From positions 266,853 to 330,852 of the forward strand of contig CAWINB010000004.1 in NCBI GenBank assembly GCA_963837465.1: a DNA stretch of 64,000 nucleotides. Reading direction: 5' to 3'. The notes beneath the pieces are model-generated. The model was not told the DNA's origin. It worked only from the letters and a program-made list of their open reading frames with translations, and made no database searches. This DNA comes from Candidatus Doudnabacteria bacterium. Its GTDB lineage: Bacteria > Patescibacteriota > Doudnabacteria > UBA920. Below are positions 9,838-18,719 of this stretch, one piece after another (the stretch's first letter is position 1; each line of letters opens with the position of its first letter). A program made the translations under genes and the position numbers.

Positions 9838-10308
9838 ATGTTTAAATTAAAAATTATCGCTTTGGGTAAATTCAAGGAAAAGGCTTACAGGGAACTGGAA
9901 GCGGAGTTTTTAAAGCGCCTGTCCCCTTTTGCGAAAATTAAAGTTGTGGAAATCGCCGAGGAAGCTTATCGCAAGAATGATGATATTGAACGCGTTAAGC
10001 AAAAAGAGGCGGAAAAAATTATAAAACAATTGCCGGAGAATGGAGTAGTTATGCTGCTTGAGGAAAAAGGCACTCCCCGCAACTCTCTTGAATTCGCCCA
10101 GTTTTTGGAAAGAATCGGCTCTCTGGGAAAAGAACTGGTATTTGTAATCGGCAGCGGCGTTGGCTTGCATGAATCGCTAAAACGATATTCCAATTATTCC
10201 GTTTCGCTCTCTCCACTGACATTTCCACACAACATGGCCAGGGTGATTTTGGAAGAGCAACTTTACCGGGCTTGTACGATTTTGGCGCGTAAGGAATACC
10301 ATAAATAG
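9838..10308 (+). CDS. rlmH: 23S rRNA (pseudouridine1915-N3)-methyltransferase
   Basis: FVIGSGVGL, SLSPLTFPHNMARVILEEQLYRA, YHK end. Confidence 0.95.
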   Translation: MFKLKIIALGKFKEKAYRELEAEFLKRLSPFAKIKVVEIAEEAYRKNDDIERVKQKEAEKIIKQLPENGVVMLLEEKGTPRNSLEFAQFLERIGSLGKELVFVIGSGVGLHESLKRYSNYSVSLSPLTFPHNMARVILEEQLYRACTILARKEYHK

Positions 10309-10325
10309 GATTTAAGCTAGAGGTG

Positions 10326-11720
10326 TCAGGGTTTAGGCAAATCCCCTTTTTGGGGATTTTTTAGTTCGGCCGCTATCATAGCTAAAATAAACCACAGTAG
10401 CAACTGAGTTTGGTCCAGGGTGTAAAAGTAGTGGTCAAATTGCATTAGGGCGAGAAAAGAAATAAGGATGGCGAGGAGTGACGAGTAACGGGTAACGATT
10501 GACGAGTCTGGTTCCGATGTTAACCTTTTTGTAAGTAGCCATAGGTGCTGTAAAAATATCCAAAGCAGGATTAAGGCTGCCGGGATGCCTATTTCCGCGG
10601 CGGCGATTATAAAGTAATTGTGTACCGGCTGTTTTTCCCAGAGTTGGAGGGTTTTTCCGGAATATTGTTCCATATGAAGCAGGCTCTCCCCTAGCCCAAT
10701 CCCAAAAATGGGATTTTTTAATGCCATTTTTACCCCGGTAACATCGTAAAGCTTTCTGTTAACGGTAAATGCGTCGGAAAACGTAGCCCGTGTCATTATG
10801 TAGGGCCTAAAAATTAAAAATGACGCCAGTAAGAAGGTTAGTGTCATTATTATGGGGATCAAAACCCTATTTGTCTTTACAGCTACTGGATTTTTCTTTA
10901 TACGTGACCAAAATATCAGGCCAAAGAAAATTATTAGCCCAAAAGCTAAAGCCACGTAGGCTCCCCTTGAAAAGGTTACCGTTAGAGCCAAAATGTTCAA
11001 AAATAACAAAATATAGTAAATAATCCTAGATTTTAGCGTATTTGCTGTTAAGATAAGGTCTAGAATTACAAAAATTCCTGCCACAAGCAAGGCTGAAAGT
11101 GCGTTTGGATGTGGAAATGTGCCATAAGCGCGAATATGTGATGTTTCACCTGAAACAATTTTAGCAATTCCTACTATATTTAAGCCAATATGCTCTTCTC
11201 CAAGTTTATATAGCCCAATTGATTTTTGGGTTATAAATTGTATTAAGGCAATTATTGCTTCCAAGCCGCAAAGCCAGGCAAAAAGCTTGTAAATTTGGGT
11301 TTTTGGCTCAAATTCCTTAATAATTACCACAAATGTTCCATATGCAACAATTAATTCTACCCACCTTATAAACAAATAAGCATTTAGCCTTGTATTTAAG
11401 CTAAAATGTACCAAAAAACCTAGAAAAACCGCAAAAATAAGCCATTTTCCTAATTTTAGAGCATCCCAAAACTCTCTGGGATGCGTAAAAAGTACCAAAA
11501 CAAAAGTGATAAATATTAAAATATCGCTTAAATATAGGGAAAAAGATGTAAAATCTGAATATTCCCCTATTAAATAAGCCTCTTTTGTTAAAAAAACATG
11601 GCGAACAGGGAAGAAAATGCTTATTATTAGCAACATCAGAGCCGTTTTTAAATAAATTTGACTATTTTTTATATTTATGATATAATTTAATATTATGAAA
11701 AATTGTGCCCGTGAAATCAA
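10326..11720 (-). CDS. O-antigen ligase / O-oligosaccharyltransferase family membrane protein (start uncertain)
   Basis: RAYGTFPHPNAL, TFSRGA, PIFGIGLG, PVHN. Confidence 0.85.
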   Translation of the reverse strand: MISRAQFFIILNYIINIKNSQIYLKTALMLLIISIFFPVRHVFLTKEAYLIGEYSDFTSFSLYLSDILIFITFVLVLFTHPREFWDALKLGKWLIFAVFLGFLVHFSLNTRLNAYLFIRWVELIVAYGTFVVIIKEFEPKTQIYKLFAWLCGLEAIIALIQFITQKSIGLYKLGEEHIGLNIVGIAKIVSGETSHIRAYGTFPHPNALSALLVAGIFVILDLILTANTLKSRIIYYILLFLNILALTVTFSRGAYVALAFGLIIFFGLIFWSRIKKNPVAVKTNRVLIPIIMTLTFLLASFLIFRPYIMTRATFSDAFTVNRKLYDVTGVKMALKNPIFGIGLGESLLHMEQYSGKTLQLWEKQPVHNYFIIAAAEIGIPAALILLWIFLQHLWLLTKRLTSEPDSSIVTRYSSLLAILISFLALMQFDHYFYTLDQTQLLLWFILAMIAAELKNPQKGDLPKP

Positions 11721-11795
11721 AATTAAAACTTACTAAGACTATTTTAACATAGTTGTTTTTTTGTTATACTTTTCAAAGTGTTGTTTTAAAAATTT

Positions 11796-11871
11796 GCTCT
11801 CGTAGCTCAATGGATTAGAGCAGTAGCGTCCTAAGCTATTGATGTTGGTTCGATTCCAGCCGAGGGCACCA
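11796..11871 (+). tRNA. tRNA-Arg(CCT)
   Basis: GCTCTCG...CGAGGGC-ACCA; anticodon arm GTAGC-GTCCTAA-GCTAT; TTCGATT T-loop. Confidence 0.92.
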
Positions 11872-11924
11872 CTCACTTCGCTCGTGGCCTGCGGCCGAAA
11901 AAAGTTTGCTATAATTATTTTTTT

Positions 11925-12269
11925 ATGATAGACCCGGATTTAAAAATACAACTGGATCAAATAAATCAAAATTTAGTTGCTATAGAAAAGAACAAGAGCG
12001 GGGGAGTTTGGCGCTCGTTTTTTAACGGAATGTTTGGGGCTTTTGGGTATTTGGTGGGGATTGTCATAGTTGTTATTTTGGCGGGTTGGTTTTTAAATAA
12101 AACGGGTTTAATAATGCCGTTCCAGGAACAGTGGCAAAAGTTCCAGAATTTTATGTACCAGGCGGAAAATACCATGAGCGCGACCCAGCAGCAAAGCCAG
12201 CAGGGGAGCATACAAAACGGACAAGTTTATACTTTGCCCAACGGGCAAAAAGTGCAGGTGGTGCAATAG
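11925..12269 (+). CDS. Small membrane protein (DUF5665-like)
   Basis: WRSFFNGMFGAFGYLVGIVIVV hydrophobic hairpin. Confidence 0.7.
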   Translation: MIDPDLKIQLDQINQNLVAIEKNKSGGVWRSFFNGMFGAFGYLVGIVIVVILAGWFLNKTGLIMPFQEQWQKFQNFMYQAENTMSATQQQSQQGSIQNGQVYTLPNGQKVQVVQ

Positions 12270-12342
12270 CCCTTGAAAAGTTCGGTGAAAGTGTGTAAAA
12301 TTATTCGGTGGTTTATAAATCTCGCATCTTCAATCACAAATC

Positions 12343-12376
12343 TTTCCGCCAAGGGCGGATCCGCCTTTGGCGGAAA
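12343..12376. repeat. Palindromic element copy B
   Basis: TTTCCGCCAAGGGCGGATCCGCCTTTGGCGGAAA, just upstream of tRNA-Ala(GGC). Confidence 0.88.
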
Positions 12377-12392
12377 ATCCTAAATTTAATAC

Positions 12393-12466
12393 GGGCCTGT
12401 AGTATAATGGTAATACGGGACTATGGCATAGTTCAGTCGGGGGTCCGATTCCCCCCAGGTCCACCA
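12393..12466 (+). tRNA. tRNA-Ala(GGC)
   Basis: GGGCCTG...CAGGTCC-ACCA, G3:U70; anticodon arm GGACT-ATGGCAT-AGTTC. Confidence 0.92.
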
Positions 12467-13929
12467 AAAGAAACTCTCTGGCGATTAGCCACCGCCTTAA
12501 AATCATCTTTCCAAATAAACACAATACTTTTATCACCATTTTCAGTCTTCCACTCAGTGGTTTCCACTAAAGACTTAATAAGCTGACGCTTTTCTTCAGG
12601 GGTTCCTTTCCGATACGTCTGAGTAGGCCTTTTAAGCATTTTTCCAAGCCCGATAATATAATCCATTACATCACTGTCAGCCCGTTCTAAAGCCATTCTG
12701 CGTTCACATAAATCTTGTTCCTTATTAAGTAGTTCAGAATTTTTTACCTTAAATTCATTTTCGGTAATAGTGTTATTCAGACATAGCGTCAGTAGGGCGC
12801 TTTTTTCGTTTTTAAGCTTAGCCGTTTCCAGGTCAACATTTTGGATCTGATTTTTTTGGTCATTTTTTAAATCTTCACGGAATGCTTGGACGGCTTTTAA
12901 AAACTGTGCGGCTTCTTTGTCATCAAATTCCAGCAATTGCAATTGTTTTGCGAACTCATTTTCTACCCATTCCTCTCTAATGTTACACTTACAATCCAAA
13001 TTCCTGCAGGCATAGTAGCGGTATTTATGATGCGAGGAAATGGAACGCAAGGGCTTACCGCAAACACGGCATTTAAGCAGGCCGGAAAACTGGTAAACGA
13101 ACTTTCGGTGGTGCTTGTAACTTTTGTCATCTAAAATTTCCTGCACTTGGTCAAACAATTTTTTGCTTATCAGGGCTTTATGGCTACCTTTTTTTAGCCC
13201 TCCTTTAAACCTGAAAAATCCGTAATAAAAAGGATTGCGTAAAATTTTATACAAAGCCTTGGAGGGCAAAACCTTTGACGGACGTTTCGTAGTAGCCTTA
13301 GTTTTTAGCCCCATATCGGTCAATTTTTTACGCAATTCCTCTATGCTGGTATCGCCATTGGAAAAAATTTCAAACGCCCTGCAAACCATTCGTCCGTAAA
13401 TTGGGTCAGGCTCTTTGTTGCCCCTGCCGACTGAACAGTAGCCGAGCGGGGGAGACATAGGTGATCTTCCATCTTCAACCATGCCATTAATGCCCTTGTG
13501 AATTTCTTGTTTAAGGTTATGCAGATAATACTTTGCTATACCAAATGAAATAGCTGAAAAACCCCAATTAGACTGAGTGCTATTTAGGTTATCTGCAACA
13601 AAATGAATTTCAAACCCTTCTAAAACTAAATCATCACAAACCGCAGCATCATGAAAATTTCTGGCAAATCTATCCAACTTATGCAGGATTAAACCTTTCG
13701 GCTTATAATGCCGCATGTCATTTATCATTTGGTTGAATATTGGACGCTTGTTGTCTTTTGCACTTTGAACTTCTATATATGGTTTGGAGTTTAGCTGAAA
13801 ATTGTTGCGCTTTGCGTATTCCCTAATCTGCCGTTCTTGTTCATCCAAAGAGGCTCCCTCGCTCTGCTCCTCGCTGGAGACACGGACGTAAAAGTAGAAG
13901 AGGCCGTTATGATTATTTTTTTCTGTCAT
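12433..13929 (-). CDS. Large serine recombinase (resolvase + recombinase + Zn-ribbon + coiled coil)
   Basis: YVRVSSEEQ catalytic Ser, KLDRFARN, PPLGY, ILRNPFYYG, CRVCG...YYAC; last codons read antisense through the tRNA. Confidence 0.95.
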   Translation of the reverse strand: MTEKNNHNGLFYFYVRVSSEEQSEGASLDEQERQIREYAKRNNFQLNSKPYIEVQSAKDNKRPIFNQMINDMRHYKPKGLILHKLDRFARNFHDAAVCDDLVLEGFEIHFVADNLNSTQSNWGFSAISFGIAKYYLHNLKQEIHKGINGMVEDGRSPMSPPLGYCSVGRGNKEPDPIYGRMVCRAFEIFSNGDTSIEELRKKLTDMGLKTKATTKRPSKVLPSKALYKILRNPFYYGFFRFKGGLKKGSHKALISKKLFDQVQEILDDKSYKHHRKFVYQFSGLLKCRVCGKPLRSISSHHKYRYYACRNLDCKCNIREEWVENEFAKQLQLLEFDDKEAAQFLKAVQAFREDLKNDQKNQIQNVDLETAKLKNEKSALLTLCLNNTITENEFKVKNSELLNKEQDLCERRMALERADSDVMDYIIGLGKMLKRPTQTYRKGTPEEKRQLIKSLVETTEWKTENGDKSIVFIWKDDFKAVANRQRVSFGGPGGNRTPD

Positions 13930-14116
13930 ATTTTTTCAGCGTAAAGCTGATCTTTCTGAATTCAGCCTTGGCGAAGTTTAAGGCGCAGAGTAGGGAATAA
14001 GCTCGGCCAAAATCTTTTTGCATTATGCATCTGTTTCTGTCACTTTCTAGTTCAGCTATCTTAGAGCTACATTTTTTTAACCATTCCCATTTTTCTTGCT
14101 TTGACTTAAATTTCAT
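13913..14116 (-). CDS. Small basic hypothetical protein overlapping the recombinase start (possible accessory/directionality factor)
   Basis: 67-aa ORF starting right after the leader hairpin and overlapping the recombinase ATG. Confidence 0.55.
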   Translation of the reverse strand: MKFKSKQEKWEWLKKCSSKIAELESDRNRCIMQKDFGRAYSLLCALNFAKAEFRKISFTLKKYDRKK

Positions 14117-14125
14117 TTTAAAAAA

Positions 14126-14236
14126 TAAAAAACCACCAGAGCTAAAACCTTTGAGTTGCTTAGACCTAAAGGTTGCTCTAGTGGTGTTATAACTATAGCA
14201 AAATCTTCGCAGGTTTTATACCTTAGGTCTAAGCAA
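14126..14236 (-). promoter_or_regulatory. Structured leader / antisense-type attenuator upstream of the recombinase operon
   Basis: Hairpin 14132-14185 followed by a U-tract on the minus strand; its apex (14156-14169) is the exact reverse complement of 14223-14236. Confidence 0.6.
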
Positions 14237-14352
14237 TATTAATTTTATACCGTCTAGCTAGTCTGTAAATGGTCAAATCAAAACTAACGTTTTTATTACG
14301 TTTCTAAGTCTTTTAGCTTTTTAGTGTATATATTTATTAAAAGGCTAAAAAA

Positions 14353-16149
14353 CTAGACTTCTTGTTCTCTGTCTGCAAGCGCTGATGACAGTTTGTAAGT
14401 TTTCTTGCCCTTAGCACCTTTTGATTCAAAAATTAGTTTTTCTTCCAGCAAAGCTTTTAGCGCATCATGGACGGCGTTAGCTCCGAGCTTATCTTTTAAG
14501 AGTTTTACTATTTCCTGTCGGGATAGCGTAGTGCCTCCAACAAGAAGCTCAAGGATTTTAGCTTTGGCAACATCTCTTTTTACTTCTTCCTTGAATTCAC
14601 CGACATAGTCAAAACCGAGCTTATCGCCCTGCTGGTTAATGCGAAGCTGAAACGGCTTTAATTCCTCGCCACCGCGTATTTTATTTTGGGAAAAAGTAAG
14701 CGATTTTTCGTTAAAGTTCCGGTCAATCATCAAGTGGGCTTCCACGGCAGCCAGAATGTCGCTAGAGCCACGCATGCTTTGAGAACCTGACCTGCTTTGA
14801 CCAGGCTGTTCTTTTCGGTGATGATGGGTCAGCAGTATCGTAATGCTTTCCCTCAGTAACGGACTAAAACTGTTGAAAAATTCTGCCATTTGCTTGGCGT
14901 CATTTTCCTCTTTTCCATGCACACGCACTAAACTGTCAAAGCAAACAAGTTTGATGTTATGTTCCTTTACAAATTCCAATAGCTTTTCTATATGCTGTTT
15001 GTTATCAACCCGAAATTCGCTTTTAATCCAAAAATAAATCTCCTTACCCTGCTCATGGCCAAGCATTCTTAGTCTGCGTTTAATTTCTCCCCGCTTGTTT
15101 TCCTCATCAATGATCAGCACGTTGCCTTGAGTGGTATTAAAGTGGGAAAAAACGGGTAATCCACTGGCTACAGACTCCGCAAGATGCAACTCAACCCAAG
15201 TTTTAAAACTACGAGGGGCAGCGGATAGGACGGTTATGGCACCAGAAGGAATTAAGCCTTGCACTAACCAAGGAGGTTCTTGTTCAGTTTCTTTTAATAA
15301 GTCATCGGCCAAGATCGGCTGGGTTGCAAATGCTGGCGTCTGTTGGTTATTTTTAAGCTTTCCTCTCTCCTTGTCTCCAATTGAATAGAATACTTGGCCT
15401 AGTTCATCTTCAGGCATTGGCGGAGTATTTTTTTGGTTCCAATCCTGCATATATGGCCATACGACATCAAACCATTTAGCTTCAGGCAGATAATGCATTA
15501 ATTCGCCTGCAATTTGGGCAGCTGAGGAATTACGCTTGCCTTCCGCAACTCCCTTATGAATATTTTGCTCAACTTCTTCCTGGTCATTCTTAACGCCATT
15601 GGCGACTTCATTTTTTATTTCTTTCTTAATAGCTGATATTTCTTTTGGCGAATCACCGTTATTGGCATTTTCCCATTCAAGATACAAAGTTAAAGGGAAT
15701 TCCGCTAACTCTGCATCGTCAAAACTTTTAATCCATTCGTAAATACCCTTTTTTGTTTTTGAAGGGGCTACGATAATGTAGCCCGCCTCTCCTCTGATGT
15801 CCGTTAATTCTCTGATTCTGGTTTTATTGCCTAAGACATAATCTTTTGGAAATTTAAAGAAGTAGTGTCTGCCGTCTCCGCCACTTTTTGCCGTAACAGT
15901 ATCAGGAAGTTCGGGTATAGGCGCACCTTTCTCAAAATCCAAGACCGCTAAACCAGACAGCTTGCCAGTAATGACAGCTATCCCGCTGACATCAGGCCTA
16001 CTAAACCATTCTTTAATTTTTTCTTCTGTAGGTAATTGAGTTTGGTATTTTTTCCAACTTACTAACGGCTTCTTGTCTTGATCTACAGGAAGCAAAGAAA
16101 ACCCTCGTTTTAAGTATGACAATGCCGCCTGTAAAGGTGGCATAAACAT
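14353..16149 (-). CDS. Bifunctional DNA primase/polymerase (Prim-Pol) + PriCT + RepA-like AAA helicase
   Basis: KKPLVSWKKYQ, GIAVITG...LAVLDFE, GGDGRHYFF, DIRGEAGYIIVAPS; EGKRN; SAAPRSFKT; HHHRK, MRGSS. Confidence 0.92.
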   Translation of the reverse strand: MFMPPLQAALSYLKRGFSLLPVDQDKKPLVSWKKYQTQLPTEEKIKEWFSRPDVSGIAVITGKLSGLAVLDFEKGAPIPELPDTVTAKSGGDGRHYFFKFPKDYVLGNKTRIRELTDIRGEAGYIIVAPSKTKKGIYEWIKSFDDAELAEFPLTLYLEWENANNGDSPKEISAIKKEIKNEVANGVKNDQEEVEQNIHKGVAEGKRNSSAAQIAGELMHYLPEAKWFDVVWPYMQDWNQKNTPPMPEDELGQVFYSIGDKERGKLKNNQQTPAFATQPILADDLLKETEQEPPWLVQGLIPSGAITVLSAAPRSFKTWVELHLAESVASGLPVFSHFNTTQGNVLIIDEENKRGEIKRRLRMLGHEQGKEIYFWIKSEFRVDNKQHIEKLLEFVKEHNIKLVCFDSLVRVHGKEENDAKQMAEFFNSFSPLLRESITILLTHHHRKEQPGQSRSGSQSMRGSSDILAAVEAHLMIDRNFNEKSLTFSQNKIRGGEELKPFQLRINQQGDKLGFDYVGEFKEEVKRDVAKAKILELLVGGTTLSRQEIVKLLKDKLGANAVHDALKALLEEKLIFESKGAKGKKTYKLSSALADREQEV

Positions 16150-16185
16150 TTAAAAGCAGTTATTAAAATTTGGGGTATTAAAAAA

Positions 16186-16476
16186 TTGGGACAAGAGTTG
16201 CTATGTGTGGAGTTTTTTCCTTATCATTCTTTTAGATTTAAATACTCCTCGAAACTTAAGGTTCCTTCTCAAGTTTTTGCTTTCAATCTAGTGAGGCAAG
16301 CTATGAAAAAGAGCCAACCTATTATCATCATGAGGAGTGCTAAACTGTGGTACAGTCAAGTTAAAGATTTAAAAACTTACAAATACAAAACTATCTTACA
16401 TAATCCCCAAAATCCCTGTGTCACTCCAAACAATATGCGCCGTGGAAAATTTAAAGAAATCTTCCAGTCAAAATAA
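16186..16476 (+). pseudogene. Probable C-terminal fragment of a hypothetical protein
   Basis: TTG start only 36 bp from the divergent Prim-Pol start; protein-like VEFFPYHS...PSQ...IIIMRS. Confidence 0.45.
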
Positions 16477-16488
16477 AACTTCTGAATT

Positions 16489-16926
16489 ATGAACGATATA
16501 AAACTTGCAATTGAAGATGACTCTGAATTATTGCGGAAATATGGATTGGCAGTAGCTTGTAATAATTCTGTTGAGTATTTATTAGGTCAATATCTAATAT
16601 TAGTCAGTAAATTAAACCAAGCGGATATAGAAACTGTAAATGATTTATTGGATTTTACAGCCTTAAAAAAGAAGGTCGAGCTAAGTGCTAAATTTTTTAA
16701 AAATAAGGAAATTGTAAAATATTTGAATGAAGCTGTGCAGGATAGAAATTTACTTGCTCACGGAGTAAGCGCAAGTACTAACAACCAACACATTTTAATG
16801 CTAAAACGTAAAAATGTTGATTTAGACCAGGAATTACTAGACAAAATAATTAAAAGAGATAAAAATATTTTAGGAATGCTTTATGCAGAAATATTATCAG
16901 CAGGTTTTAAACTTAAGAGTCCCTGA
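16489..16926 (+). CDS. HEPN-like domain protein
   Basis: Helical protein with N-terminal VE and R-x4-H motif (RNLLAH). Confidence 0.6.
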   Translation: MNDIKLAIEDDSELLRKYGLAVACNNSVEYLLGQYLILVSKLNQADIETVNDLLDFTALKKKVELSAKFFKNKEIVKYLNEAVQDRNLLAHGVSASTNNQHILMLKRKNVDLDQELLDKIIKRDKNILGMLYAEILSAGFKLKSP

Positions 16927-16944
16927 TAAACTAACCTAAATAAC

Positions 16945-17136
16945 ATGCAATTAGATAAAAAATCCACTGAATCTTTTAGAGAGTCATATAAAAAAAGAGG
17001 TTGGGATATGACTGACGCAGAGGCTGAACAAATGAGCATAACCTTAGGCAATTACCTGGAAACAGTTGTATCAATTTATGAAGAAGGTCCAGCATTAAAA
17101 AAAGGGAGTCAAACAACTCCAACGGTTAATTTTTGA
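16945..17136 (+). CDS. Small hypothetical protein of the integrated element
   Basis: 63-aa ORF MQLDKKSTESFRESYKKRGWDMTDAEAEQ directly after the HEPN-like gene. Confidence 0.6.
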   Translation: MQLDKKSTESFRESYKKRGWDMTDAEAEQMSITLGNYLETVVSIYEEGPALKKGSQTTPTVNF

Positions 17137-17406
17137 GTATTTAAGATATTTTCGTAAATTTGCTTTACTAATGCGAGATAGTGTTTCCACCTATGCCGTA
17201 AGCCTCCACCAAAAGCAAAAGTTTTCCAAAAATTCGTTTTGTGCCTGTAAACATTGATTTTATAGGCTTTCCAAACTCGTCAGATTGATGCTTTTGGGAA
17301 GCCTTTTAAAATTATTTGGCTTAGGGTAAACTGAAAGTGTGGTTCTCTTTCTCCTCAGGTTATCCTAAAGAGAATTAATTTTTTCGATACGCTAATTTAT
17401 TTTACT

Positions 17407-18222
17407 ATGAGAAATGGACTTGAGGGCGGAACGCCTCCTGCGGATTCAACCATAGAAACAAAAGCAAAAAAATGGGAACGGAGAGTTGAAGGCTTTAGAA
17501 AAGCTTACCCCCACATTACAGATGTGCTTAATTACTCTGATCGTCTCCAAGGTGCTAATTCTGGAGACGTTGTTGATATGACAAAAACAGAAGGAGATGC
17601 GGTTGCCGTGGTAAATACGGACACCGGCACTGTTATTTCAAAAAATCGGGAGGCGGTAACAGAAAAGTTATACGGCTGTGCCGGGATTTTTATTGACGGC
17701 CCCGATTGTAATGAAATGGTTCACATGACTCCCAGTTCTAGTTTAGGATATAAATATCATAAATATTCTGCGGAACAACAACCTACCTATGTTGCACGCA
17801 ATGTTGATAAAATCATTTCTTCTCTTCCCGAGAGAACTTCATTAGAACAATGCAGGGCAGTAATTGTGGTAAATATTGCTGACGAATCTTACCCCAAGCG
17901 TAACGATTACCATTATGAAAAACAGTATGCGGCATGGGATAGATTGAAAAAACAGTTTGAAGATTTGGGTCTAAAAAATATTAAAATTGTTGAAGTGCCC
18001 ATGGATGAATCGGCTTTGTATTACACGCCAGAAAGACCGGATAAAATATTGGTTATGGGTCGAAAGATTGGCATAAATCCTGATGGCAGTTATGACAAAA
18101 GCCAAGAAAAAACAGTTGATGAAATATGGGTATCTTTGGATCCAAGAGAAACTGCAGATTATGGAATAAAAAGACCTATGGCAGAGCCAGAGGAGACTTC
18201 ATCATTCAATCAAGCTGCTTAA
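17407..18222 (+). CDS. Hypothetical protein (LYGC...VH motif suggests a possible papain/deamidase-like fold)
   Basis: 271-aa ATG ORF. Confidence 0.7.
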   Translation: MRNGLEGGTPPADSTIETKAKKWERRVEGFRKAYPHITDVLNYSDRLQGANSGDVVDMTKTEGDAVAVVNTDTGTVISKNREAVTEKLYGCAGIFIDGPDCNEMVHMTPSSSLGYKYHKYSAEQQPTYVARNVDKIISSLPERTSLEQCRAVIVVNIADESYPKRNDYHYEKQYAAWDRLKKQFEDLGLKNIKIVEVPMDESALYYTPERPDKILVMGRKIGINPDGSYDKSQEKTVDEIWVSLDPRETADYGIKRPMAEPEETSSFNQAA

Positions 18223-18456
18223 TCTGTTGGTGCTCAAGATCATTTCGTAAATCTCCCTGACCAAAGCCAGATAAGTTTTCCACATATACCGTAAACCCCC
18301 GCCACAAAAAAGGCCTTCCCAAGTGGAAGGTCTTTTTTGGCCAGCTGTCGCGTAAAGCTATGGCTGACACAGGCTTCGGCAAATCTTCTTTTGCCGGTTG
18401 TCGTTTTATTCGCTTGCTGGTCTAAGGCGTGAGCCGGACGAAGCCTTGGCGAAGTC

Positions 18457-18530
18457 TGGTCGGGATGCTGGGAATCGAACCCAGTCTCCACGCACCCGAA
18501 GCGTGTGTACTACCGGTATACTACATCCCG
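18457..18530 (-). tRNA. tRNA-Pro(CGG)
   Basis: CGGGATG...CATCCCG-ACCA; anticodon arm CACGC-TTCGGGT-GCGTG. Confidence 0.94.
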
Positions 18531-18719
18531 TCGTCGCAATTGGCCGCGAGCTTTCGTCTTTTGCTTTAAGCAAAAGACTCCAACTCTCCGCAATTGCTCC
18601 TCTTTCCCAAAAATCCCTTAATGTAACCTCAGACGGATTTTTGGGAACCCTTTTATCAATGGCAAAATCCCATATATTATATACTGTTAAAATACTTTGA
18701 GCAATGGTATTATTAGCTT

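Larger units (their letters stand above)
12460..17215. mobile_element. tRNA-Ala-integrated element (plasmid/satellite-like) bounded by an 11-bp direct repeat TCCACCAAAAG
   Basis: Repeat at 12460-12470 (tRNA 3' end) and 17205-17215; contains serine recombinase and Prim-Pol/AAA replicase. Confidence 0.8.

Noticed and set aside
14290-14356. CTAAAAAG-like repeats next to the Prim-Pol stop as a replication origin
   Set aside because: Too short and AT-rich to distinguish from background by eye
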